From an uncultured Bacteroidales bacterium (GTDB lineage Bacteria; Bacteroidota; Bacteroidia; Bacteroidales; UBA3824), in contig CAMOSO010000021.1 of NCBI GenBank assembly GCA_946624925.1, positions 30 through 64,029 of the forward strand: a stretch of DNA of 64,000 nucleotides. The letters are read 5' to 3'. Positions 1-8,112 of this stretch are shown in pieces. The translations under genes and the position numbers were made by a program. Within the stretch, counting starts at the first letter, position 1. Each line of letters begins with the position of its first letter. Under the pieces are notes generated by a model. The model was not told the origin of the DNA. It saw nothing but the letters and a program-made list of their open reading frames with translations, and did not search any database.

Positions 1-14
1 TCTCGTCCAGACCG
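1..14 (+). tRNA. 3' end of a tRNA truncated by the window edge; identical to the 3' end of the tRNA-Asp at 45-118
   Basis: tctcgtccagaccg matches T-arm/acceptor 3' half of the downstream tRNA (105-118); implies a tandem tRNA-Asp copy. Confidence 0.6.
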
Positions 15-44
15 CAAACAAAGGTTGGCAAACGAAAATTAAAT

Positions 45-118
45 GGTTTGGTAGTTCAGTTGGTTAGAATACATGCCTGTCACGCATGGGGTCGCGAGTT
101 CGAGTCTCGTCCAGACCG
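45..118 (+). tRNA. tRNA-Asp (anticodon GTC)
   Basis: Cloverleaf folded by hand: acceptor GGTTTGG/CCAGACC, D-stem GTTC/GAAT, anticodon stem CATGC/GCATG with loop CTGTCAC (GTC at 79-81), T-loop TTCGAGT, discriminator G; CCA not encoded. Confidence 0.93.
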
Positions 119-133
119 CTAAATAATTAGCGA

Positions 134-175
134 AAATCCTTCAATCTGTAAATACGGGTTGAAGGATTTTTTTTA
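134..175 (+). terminator. Rho-independent terminator after the tRNA
   Basis: Stem aaatccttcaa / ttgaaggattt followed by a run of 8 T. Confidence 0.6.
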
Positions 176-184
176 TCATAACGT

Positions 185-215
185 TTTGGATTTCTAAAAA
201 ATGTTTTTACATTTG
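185..215 (+). promoter_or_regulatory. Bacteroidetes-type promoter (-33 TTTG, -7 TAnnTTTG) for the TIR gene pair
   Basis: TTTG at 185-188, 19-nt spacer, TACATTTG at 208-215, about 30 nt before the ATG at 247. Confidence 0.4.
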
Positions 216-246
216 CAACATCATCAGATAAACACGCTGCAACCAA

Positions 247-1422
247 ATGGAAGAAAACAAAACAACAGACACAATCCTCACCCCGCCGCCATATCACCCA
301 CAGGCATCGGCACAGCCCGCAGAGCCGCCCAAATGCGTCAACAAGGGCAAGCCCGTGTGGTTTTCATACGCGCCCAATAGCGACGAAAATCCCGAATGGA
401 GCCATATAGCCGACTGCGTGGAACAGCTGACGGACATTTTCAAGGCTCAAAACATCGAATACTGCATCAACGAAACCTGGGGCAGCAACGCAAGCATCTC
501 CGAATATGAAAAAAATATAGGTTGGAAGAGCGACGTCATCGTACTCGTATTTTCCGACAGATACTTCCGCTCCCTGCACTGCATGTACGAATTTGTGCAG
601 ATAAAAAAAGCCATCAAACAATACCCTCAAAAACGTCTTTACTGCATCAAGAGCGGCGACTTCAATCTGTCCGACATCAATTACATCCTCGACCTCGAAC
701 ACTTCTGGGGCGACCAAAAGCAGGAATACGACGAAGTGAGCTACCACAAGACAAGGCCTATCACCAACGCGGAGGAGGAAGCTCACAACAACGGTTTTTA
801 TATGGACGACATAAGAAGCCTATACTCCTTCTTCAGCACGCTCAACTACGCAAACGCCAACTCCCAAGATTGGAACGAGTTTGCCAAGGATATCGCCGAG
901 AGCTACACCAGCGCATCCAAGTTTTCTCAATTGGAACAAGAAAAAGCCAAGCAAAAGAAAACCAAACTGAAATTTATGGGCTTAGGCTGCCTCGCGTGGC
1001 TATTGGTGCCGATTATAGCATTGGCGGCCCTTATGGTATATTTGCTATTGGGATTTGAGCACATCAACAATCCCGTATATCCACAAAAAATTGACCACAT
1101 CGAAATATACAGTATTACCCAGACCACGCAAGGGATTTCTCTGAAAATAAGGCTCACCAATCCATACGATAAGGATACCATCATATATGCATCACGCGGC
1201 TGGTACATTGAAGCCAATGGCAAGCAAAACCATCTCAGATTGACCCAAGACATCCCAATGTATCCAGAATACAAAGTGCTTGCCGCGCATCAGAGCACAG
1301 AATACATTTTGACATTTGACAAAATACCCGTGCCTCCTGGCTCTATGACGCTGGTAATGAGCCACGGAATCAGTATTAACGGAATAAAATTCATAGAACG
1401 ATACATACCAACCACCCAATGA
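247..1422 (+). CDS. Membrane-anchored TIR-domain protein: N-terminal TIR, one TM helix, one C-terminal extracytoplasmic beta-rich module
   Basis: 391-aa ORF. TIR-like motifs KPVWFSYAPNSD (betaA) and VLVFSDRYFRSLHCMYEFVQI (S-x-WC-x-x-EL-like, Glu115). Basic stretch KAKQKKTKLK then hydrophobic helix GLGCLAWLLVPIIALAALMVYLLLGF. Paralogue of the next ORF. Confidence 0.7.
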   Translation: MEENKTTDTILTPPPYHPQASAQPAEPPKCVNKGKPVWFSYAPNSDENPEWSHIADCVEQLTDIFKAQNIEYCINETWGSNASISEYEKNIGWKSDVIVLVFSDRYFRSLHCMYEFVQIKKAIKQYPQKRLYCIKSGDFNLSDINYILDLEHFWGDQKQEYDEVSYHKTRPITNAEEEAHNNGFYMDDIRSLYSFFSTLNYANANSQDWNEFAKDIAESYTSASKFSQLEQEKAKQKKTKLKFMGLGCLAWLLVPIIALAALMVYLLLGFEHINNPVYPQKIDHIEIYSITQTTQGISLKIRLTNPYDKDTIIYASRGWYIEANGKQNHLRLTQDIPMYPEYKVLAAHQSTEYILTFDKIPVPPGSMTLVMSHGISINGIKFIERYIPTTQ

Positions 1423-3404
1423 ACCCAACAGTACAACATAAAACCGTCAACAAAGGCAGACCAGTATATTTTTCGTATGCGCGTAATAGCAGCCGCAAGC
1501 CGGAATGGATTCACATTTCCGACTGCGTGGAGAAGATATTGGACCAATTCAAACAAGAAAACATCGAATACCGCTTAGATGTCAGGGACATAGGCGCAGG
1601 CGACAAGATTTCCGATTTTGAAAGGGAAATCGGATGGAACAGCGAAGTGGTGGTGCTTGTATTTTCCGACAAGTATTTCCGCTCGCTACACTGTATGTAC
1701 GAATTTGTGCAGATAAAAAACGCACTAAAAAAACATCCCGAAAAACGCCTTATCTGCATCAAGAGTGGCGATGTGGACATCACAGACGACAAATATATAA
1801 TGGAGGTGGAGCATTATTGGGGCGACATCAAGCAGGAATACGAAACCATCGAATTTCACAAACTCCGCAACCACTCCGGCACAGAGGACGCGGCATACGC
1901 CAATGGTTTTTACTTAGAGGATATTAGGACACTCAATTCATTTTTGGGCAACAAGCATTGGTACGACGCCAATACCAACGACTGGAGCGAAATGCTGAAA
2001 GAAATCATCGACTACTACTCCAAGACATCAAAATCTTTCCTGCAAATCTTTCAGGAAAGAAAAGCAAAACTCACCAAATTGAAATGGTTTGGATTAGGTT
2101 TTGCCTTATTGATTGTCGTTGCAATATTAATAACCATAATAGACCTTCTTGATAGTTTCCAAAGGAGCACCGTATATTACCCAGCATACTCAGAGAATTG
2201 CTACATCCAAGACGATAAAACATTCACAACCATCACACAATGCGCATCAGACCAAGAATATACCACAATCCATTTCCGCACCGTAAACCTCACAGACGAT
2301 ACGCTGCGCAGCGTCGAGTATGACACGACGGATGCACGCATCAGAATATATGGATTTCCTGACTACGATATTTATCCACTTATTGAAGTAAGCGGACCCA
2401 ACAAAACCAAACTCCCAAAATATTATCCTGGCGGCAAAGGATCTTTCGTCGATTATGTCATGAAGTTCCAAACAATCGCTGATGATTCATTAGATTTTAT
2501 ATCCACAGGGAATCACTGCATTTTTAGCATACATTGGAAATCAAACCACATAAGCCCAACCTATCTCGACAAAATTATAGAATATTTCAGAGATGAAAAT
2601 AGTGAACGTTATCCAACTATTGAGCATCCCGAATATTTCAAAGGCGTCAAAAATACGTATGTAACACGCATTGAGATTGACGACGAAACCACGTCGCTTC
2701 ATTTCCATATTGTGAATCCAACAGACCACGACACCACACTGTTTGATCCCAAAGATTGCCGCATTGTGGCAAATGGCGACACGCTGTCAATGTTGTACGT
2801 CAACGGCATCAAGACTTTCCCGTACAAGCACACATTGTACAAGAAAACGGCAATAGATTTTGCCATTCATTATCCAACAATTAACTACGACAGCACGGAG
2901 AGCATAGATGTCGTAATCAACGACAGCACAAAAATAAGCCACATAAATCTCCACTACAAACACATTGCGACAGCCGAGCCGCCCACAATAACAGGACACA
3001 GCCTTGGCAGCGCATACTTAACCAAGGTGGACATCAATCAGGACGAGACAATACTGCATTTCAAACAGACAAACAGATTCAAGCAAAATCCGATTTACGC
3101 CAGCGCACATAGAAAGGCATACTTGATGGCAGATGGCGTAAAATACCGCCTTACAAAAGTGTCGGGCATCGATTTTTCTCCAAAGTTGACAATGATACCC
3201 GCTGGCACCACATACGAATACGCACTGATATTTGCGCCACTGCCTCCCGACACAGAAATTTTTGATTTCGTCAACATCGAATTAGAAAGGAAAAAACTTG
3301 GCGAACAGAGATTCAGGGCATTCCAATACATCCTCGGCAGCGAGTGTGTAAACGAGAAGGAGGATATGATAGCCACGGGAATTTTTGGCATCAAAATGAA
3401 ATAA
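1419..3404 (+). CDS. Membrane-anchored TIR-domain protein, larger paralogue: TIR, TM helix, three extracytoplasmic repeat modules
   Basis: 661-aa ORF whose ATG overlaps the upstream stop (ATGA at 1419-1422). RPVYFSYARNSS and VLVFSDKYFRSLHCMYEFVQI (Glu95). TM helix FGLGFALLIVVAILITIIDLL. Three modules with a T-x-[IL]-HF-x-x-x-N signature. Confidence 0.7.
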   Translation: MNPTVQHKTVNKGRPVYFSYARNSSRKPEWIHISDCVEKILDQFKQENIEYRLDVRDIGAGDKISDFEREIGWNSEVVVLVFSDKYFRSLHCMYEFVQIKNALKKHPEKRLICIKSGDVDITDDKYIMEVEHYWGDIKQEYETIEFHKLRNHSGTEDAAYANGFYLEDIRTLNSFLGNKHWYDANTNDWSEMLKEIIDYYSKTSKSFLQIFQERKAKLTKLKWFGLGFALLIVVAILITIIDLLDSFQRSTVYYPAYSENCYIQDDKTFTTITQCASDQEYTTIHFRTVNLTDDTLRSVEYDTTDARIRIYGFPDYDIYPLIEVSGPNKTKLPKYYPGGKGSFVDYVMKFQTIADDSLDFISTGNHCIFSIHWKSNHISPTYLDKIIEYFRDENSERYPTIEHPEYFKGVKNTYVTRIEIDDETTSLHFHIVNPTDHDTTLFDPKDCRIVANGDTLSMLYVNGIKTFPYKHTLYKKTAIDFAIHYPTINYDSTESIDVVINDSTKISHINLHYKHIATAEPPTITGHSLGSAYLTKVDINQDETILHFKQTNRFKQNPIYASAHRKAYLMADGVKYRLTKVSGIDFSPKLTMIPAGTTYEYALIFAPLPPDTEIFDFVNIELERKKLGEQRFRAFQYILGSECVNEKEDMIATGIFGIKMK

Positions 3405-3504
3405 CGGCACATAGAAAAAAAATTTTTGCACATAAAACAAAAAATTTCTATCTTAGCCGCTTGAAACAGAAACTAAATAAAACAACATAAATTACTGAAA
3501 TCCA

Positions 3505-4506
3505 ATGACGTTACTTGAACAGATAAGAGAAAACGCCAAGAAAGCGGGCAAGCGCATCGTCCTGCCCGAAGGTGAAGAAGAGCGCCCTCTCAAAGCCGCC
3601 GACGTAATCCTCGGCGAAGGAATCGCACAACTCGTGCTCATCGGCAACCCCGACACAATAGCCAAAGAAGCCGAAAAATTCGGACTCAAAAACATCTCCA
3701 AGGCTACTATCGTAGATACCAAGACCTGCGAAAAGCGACAGGCTTACGCCGAACTCATGGCGCAAATCCGCGCCGCCAAGGGCATGACAGTAGAGAAGGC
3801 TCTCAAACAACTCGACAGCCCCTACTACCTTGGTACACTGATGATTAAGGCAGGCGACGCCGACGGTATGGTGGCTGGTGCAATATGCTCCACCGCCGAT
3901 ACCATCCGCCCCGCCCTCCAATACATCAAGACCGCTCCCGGTGTAAGCACAGTATCGGGCGCATTCGTGGTTGTAGTTCCCAAAAAAGAGTACGGTCAGG
4001 ACGGCGTGTTCCTCTTTGCCGACTGCGCTGTAACCATCGCGCCCACCGCTCAGCAACTCGCTGACATCGCGGTAATTAGCGCAAAGACAGCCAAGGCTCT
4101 CGCCGGCATCGACCCGAAAGTGGCAATGCTCAGTTTCTCCACAAAGGGTTCCGCACAGAGCGACGAAGTTGACAAGGTAATCGAGGCTACAAAACTCGCT
4201 CAGGCAGCCGCTCCCGAACTCGACATCGACGGCGAAATGCAAGCCGACGCCGCTATGGTTCAGAAAGTTGCAGACTTGAAAGCACCCGGCAGCCACGTCG
4301 CTGGCAAGGCCAATGTGTTGGTATTCCCGTCGTTGGAAGCCGGCAACATCGGTTACAAACTCGTACAGCGTCTCGCAGGTGCCGACGCGGTAGGCCCCAT
4401 CCTCCAAGGCATGGCAGCCCCCGTCAACGACCTCTCCCGTGGATGCTACGTTGAGGACATCATCAACATGGTGGCAATCACCGCGCTCCAAGCCGCTGCA
4501 AAGTAA
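3505..4506 (+). CDS. pta: Phosphate acetyltransferase
   Basis: 333 aa; N-terminus MTLLEQIRENAKKAGKRIVLPEGEEERPLKAA and C-terminal SRGCYVEDIINMVAITALQA are typical of Pta; followed by ackA. Confidence 0.95.
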   Translation: MTLLEQIRENAKKAGKRIVLPEGEEERPLKAADVILGEGIAQLVLIGNPDTIAKEAEKFGLKNISKATIVDTKTCEKRQAYAELMAQIRAAKGMTVEKALKQLDSPYYLGTLMIKAGDADGMVAGAICSTADTIRPALQYIKTAPGVSTVSGAFVVVVPKKEYGQDGVFLFADCAVTIAPTAQQLADIAVISAKTAKALAGIDPKVAMLSFSTKGSAQSDEVDKVIEATKLAQAAAPELDIDGEMQADAAMVQKVADLKAPGSHVAGKANVLVFPSLEAGNIGYKLVQRLAGADAVGPILQGMAAPVNDLSRGCYVEDIINMVAITALQAAAK

Positions 4507-4544
4507 ACATCAATTGAACCGCCGCCTACGGCGACGGGATTTTT

Positions 4545-4755
4545 ATAAACGAAAATTTAAGCGAATAAAAAAAAATTAAAACGAATTTAAAAGGAATGTC
4601 CTGACGGACAGAAATTACACAAATCAATACAAATCTTTCAAATAAATATTTGTTTGATTTGTAATGATTTGTTAGATTTCTCGCGAAGCGACCTACCATA
4701 ATATCGCGAAGCGATATAAAAAAATTCGTTATAATTCGCTTAAATTTTCGTTCAA
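4545..4755. repeat. Nested palindromic intergenic element between pta and ackA, a member of the dispersed repeat families
   Basis: Outer perfect inverted repeat aacgaaaatttaagcgaat / attcgcttaaattttcgtt. The inner part is an inverted copy of modules seen at 24710-25290 (ggaatgtcctgacggacagaaat; agatttctcgcgaagcgacc; atatcgcgaagcgata). Confidence 0.7.
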
Positions 4756-4806
4756 AAAACAACGCCGTAAGGCGTTGACAAACAGATAATTATTGTAAAC
4801 AAAGAA

Positions 4807-6009
4807 ATGAAGATATTAGTAATCAATTGTGGTAGTTCGTCGTTGAAGTACCAACTCATAGATATGCCGTCGGGCGACTTGCTCGCGAAGGGCGGCGTGG
4901 AGAAAATCGGTCTTCCCGATTCGTTCCTCAAATGCGCAAAGGGCGACGGTCCCAAGACAAAGATTGAAAAGCCGATGAACGACCATCAGGACGCCATCGA
5001 ACTCGTACTCAACACTTTGACAGACAAGGAACTCGGCGTAATCTCCTCGCTCAACGAGATTGAGGCTGCCGGACACCGCGTGCTCCACGGCGGCGAATTT
5101 TTCAAGGAGAGCGTCATCATCAACGACGAGGTAATCGCCAAGATTGAAGAAATCGCGCCCCTCGGTCCCCTCCATCAGATGGCAAACCTCAAAGGCATCC
5201 GCGCTATGCAGAAGGCAATGCCCTCGCTCCCGCAGGTTGCAGTGTTTGACACGGCATTCCATCAGACCATTCCCGACTACGCTTACATGTACGCAATTCC
5301 TTACGAATTGTACGAAAAACTCCACATCCGCCGTTACGGTTTCCACGGCACAAGCCACAGGTACGTATCCAAACGCGCCTGCGAAATCCTCGGCCTCGAT
5401 TACAACAATTCCAAACTCATCACCTGCCACATCGGCAACGGCGCATCGCTCGCGGCTATCGTCAACGGCAAGGTAGTTGATACGTCGATGGGCTTGACCC
5501 CGTGCGAAGGCGTTGTGATGGGCACACGTTGTGGCATCATCGACCCCGCCGTGTTCCCCTACTTATTTGAAAACGGCGCGTTGAAGCCCGAAGATATGAA
5601 CAACTTCATCAACAAGCAATCCGGCGTTTTGGGCGTTTCGGGCGTTTCGTCCGATATGCGCGACGTGGAGGAGGCTGCATTTGTCCGCAAGGAATACCGC
5701 GCCGCCCTCGCTTGCAAGATGCAGGATTACAGCATCAAGAAGTACATCGGCGCATACATGGCAGCAATGAACGGTTGCGACGCCATCGTATTCTGCGGCG
5801 GCATCGGCGAGAAGGGCGACACCACACGTCGCGGCGTTGCGATGAACTTGGAATGGCTCGGCGTAGAGTTTGACGACTCAATCAACACAGGCCTCCGCGA
5901 CAAGGAAATGATCATCAGCAAGCCGACTTCAAAGGTGAAAGTGCTCGTAGTTCCCACAAACGAGGAACTCGTCATCGCACAAGACACCCTCGACTTGGTG
6001 AAACGCTAA
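4807..6009 (+). CDS. ackA: Acetate kinase
   Basis: 400 aa; MKILVINCGSSSLKYQL, HRVLHGG, RRYGFHGTSH and VPTNEELVIA motifs. Confidence 0.95.
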   Translation: MKILVINCGSSSLKYQLIDMPSGDLLAKGGVEKIGLPDSFLKCAKGDGPKTKIEKPMNDHQDAIELVLNTLTDKELGVISSLNEIEAAGHRVLHGGEFFKESVIINDEVIAKIEEIAPLGPLHQMANLKGIRAMQKAMPSLPQVAVFDTAFHQTIPDYAYMYAIPYELYEKLHIRRYGFHGTSHRYVSKRACEILGLDYNNSKLITCHIGNGASLAAIVNGKVVDTSMGLTPCEGVVMGTRCGIIDPAVFPYLFENGALKPEDMNNFINKQSGVLGVSGVSSDMRDVEEAAFVRKEYRAALACKMQDYSIKKYIGAYMAAMNGCDAIVFCGGIGEKGDTTRRGVAMNLEWLGVEFDDSINTGLRDKEMIISKPTSKVKVLVVPTNEELVIAQDTLDLVKR

Positions 6010-6019
6010 TTGTTTTTTC

Positions 6020-6140
6020 AAACGCGAATTAAAGCGAATTATAACGAATTTTGGACGAATTACAAAACTAATTCGCTTTAATTCGTTGTAATTCGTTTTA
6101 ATTTTTGTTTATAAAAACCCGCCGTAGGCGGCGTGTAATT
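6020..6140. repeat. AT-rich 'aattcg' palindrome plus CCGCC-loop-GGCGG hairpin (dispersed repeat family)
   Basis: cgaattaaagcgaatta / taattcgctttaattcg perfect inverted repeat, then aaaaacccgccgtaggcgg. Confidence 0.65.
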
Positions 6141-6152
6141 GACGTTTGTAAT

Positions 6153-7304
6153 ATGCTGATTGTCATTATATTATTGATAATTTCCGTTTCGACTGCGGCG
6201 GCGCAGGGTGAGTTTTCGGTCATCAAGAATCTCGAAAACCAAAACGTCGGTCTTTGCACCTACGACGCGGCGACAAACACCGTGAAATTCGCACCATACG
6301 TGGATAGCGCAAATACCTGCGGCGTGTGGTTCAATTTTGGAGTTACGGGCTACCGACGCGACACAGTGCTTACATTCAAGACATTATTTGCAAAAACAGT
6401 CCATTCACCGTTTTTTCCCACAATCAGCAACGATAATATTGATTTTCAACACGTTAGGCAGAGCGGAATGTCGGGCGGATTTGTATTGAGAATCACGCCA
6501 ACCGCCGACACAACTTATATTTCCACTGGATTTCCATACACTTATTCACGGCTTCAAAATCTATTGTCTGAAATCAAAACCTCCAAAAATCTCCAAATCG
6601 ACACTCTCCTAACCACATCCAACAATCTGAATGTCAACCAATTGACAATTACCAAAAAGCCAAAACGCAAACACAAAAAACTTGTCTGGATTATCTGCCG
6701 ACAACACGCCTTTGAGAGCGTCAGCAATTACGTAATGGAAGGAATGATAAGATACTTGATGTCAGAGAGTTGCAATCAAAAATTGTTGAAAACCCACATC
6801 TTCAAAATTGTCCCGATGGTCGATGTGGAGAGCGTTTATAATGGACAGAGCGGGCGGATGCAATTGCCTGTGGATTTCAACCGAGATTGGGACGGAATCC
6901 CATTTCATCCCGCAATCCGCCGCATCGAACAAGCAATCCGCGAAAGTGCGCAAAATTACTCATACTCAATGTTTTGGGACGTTCACGGAATGTTTCCGGG
7001 CGGTTTTGAGGGCAACAGTTTTTCTTATTATGATTTGTATGGCAACGGCAAGAAACACAGCAACTTAGTGAATTTTTGGCATCGTTTTGCGTGGCAATCG
7101 GGCTTCACGCCAAAATCCATCAAAGACTCATACAACAGTTACGACGGAATGACCGCCGATTGGTGGAACGAAATCAATCACGGCTCCACGCTCCAATTTT
7201 CAACAACAATCGAAGTAGATTGGAACCTCAACTCCCACGGCGTCCCCTACTCCATCGAGGATTATTTGGAGATTGGAAAATGGATTGTTAAATCGTTGGA
7301 ATAA
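6153..7304 (+). CDS. Secreted M14-like zinc carboxypeptidase family protein
   Basis: Signal peptide MLIVIILLIISVSTAAAQG from the ATG at 6153 (the track start at 6105 is TTG). HxxE-type motif WIICRQHAFES and a later His in WDVHGM. Confidence 0.6.
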   Translation: MLIVIILLIISVSTAAAQGEFSVIKNLENQNVGLCTYDAATNTVKFAPYVDSANTCGVWFNFGVTGYRRDTVLTFKTLFAKTVHSPFFPTISNDNIDFQHVRQSGMSGGFVLRITPTADTTYISTGFPYTYSRLQNLLSEIKTSKNLQIDTLLTTSNNLNVNQLTITKKPKRKHKKLVWIICRQHAFESVSNYVMEGMIRYLMSESCNQKLLKTHIFKIVPMVDVESVYNGQSGRMQLPVDFNRDWDGIPFHPAIRRIEQAIRESAQNYSYSMFWDVHGMFPGGFEGNSFSYYDLYGNGKKHSNLVNFWHRFAWQSGFTPKSIKDSYNSYDGMTADWWNEINHGSTLQFSTTIEVDWNLNSHGVPYSIEDYLEIGKWIVKSLE

Positions 7305-7310
7305 AGTAAT

Positions 7311-8012
7311 TTACATCCTTTGTTTCACGCTGCCAGAACCGGTGATGTATTTGCTCATCATCGACGGTTTGCCATTATAGAAAACGCTGCCAGAACCGGC
7401 TACAATGACATTGAGTTTGCCGCTGGTCTTCACGAAAATGCTGCCTGAGCCGCCGACTTTGGCGACAGCCTCCTCTGCGTCAAGCATATCCGCAAACACA
7501 TTGCCCGCGTCGCGAGTAACGCACGAAAACAGTTTTGCATTGCCCGTCAAAGTGATATTGCCGCTACCACGGTTTAGGATTTTGATTGCGGATGTGGCGG
7601 TGATGCCGTTGATGTCAATATTGCCGCTGCCGAAAGTCCTGATTTCGAGATTGTTGACGCGGAAACCTTCTTTGATGTCAATCCCGACTTTGCCCTCTGT
7701 TTCAATAGAATTGATGATAGGCATCGCGATAGAAATAGTGATGTCGCTCTCCTCGGGTTGTCGGCTGCATTTTACATATAGGAAACCACTTTTTACAGTG
7801 GTGTTCACGTGCTTAATGAGATTGTCGTCGGCAGTTACCTTGACCTCGTATTTATCTGAATGAATGATATTTACATTCATTTCGCCATTGATGATGATGC
7901 CGCCAAAATTATCAACCTTGCGCATCTCGGTAAGTAAATTGCCCGAGCCGGTGCGCTGATTGCACGCCGACATCAACATCAATACCATCAAATATGTCAA
8001 TACTTTTTTCAT
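7311..8012 (-). CDS. Lipoprotein with GIN/DUF2807-like (putative adhesin head) domain
   Basis: MKKVLTYLMVLMLMSAC lipobox; repeated GSGN/GSGS beta-helix-like segments (GSGNIDINGI, GSGNITLTG, GSGSIFV, GSGSVFY). Confidence 0.6.
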   Translation of the reverse strand: MKKVLTYLMVLMLMSACNQRTGSGNLLTEMRKVDNFGGIIINGEMNVNIIHSDKYEVKVTADDNLIKHVNTTVKSGFLYVKCSRQPEESDITISIAMPIINSIETEGKVGIDIKEGFRVNNLEIRTFGSGNIDINGITATSAIKILNRGSGNITLTGNAKLFSCVTRDAGNVFADMLDAEEAVAKVGGSGSIFVKTSGKLNVIVAGSGSVFYNGKPSMMSKYITGSGSVKQRM

Positions 8013-8112
8013 AGTGTTCGTTTTATGATTTTGACTATATAACGTCAACAAAGTTAAAAAATTTTGTGGAAAAAAGGATTGTTATCTCAGAAATAATTTG
8101 CAACTTTGGGCT

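Noticed and set aside
1-3404. Integrated mobile element or prophage at the tRNA-Asp locus.
   Set aside because: No integrase, att-like direct repeat of the tRNA 3' end downstream of 3404, or phage genes are visible. The left flank is cut by the window edge, so mobility cannot be judged here.
3511-4491. 326-aa ORF antisense to pta. There are many similar long mirror ORFs: 10053-10814, 15855-16658, 16873-17688, 25255-26016, 27259-27870, 33358-34548, 36941-38077, 45227-45844, 52737-53597, 57158-58291, 60431-61501.
   Set aside because: Each lies exactly opposite an ORF with clear family motifs. Their translations are low-complexity (rich in V/G/A/R/H, no recognisable motifs) and lack plausible promoters. 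They are typical shadow ORFs.
6105-6152. N-terminal extensions given by the ORF track from TTG or other alternative starts. Examples are 6105, 8098, 9645, 28127, 40127, 46381, 51783, 53864, and for minus-strand ORFs the upper coordinates 8051, 26010 and 32503.
   Set aside because: In each case an internal ATG is immediately followed by a canonical signal peptide or lipobox, or by the conserved family N-terminus. The extension is basic or low-complexity, or overlaps the upstream gene or promoter.
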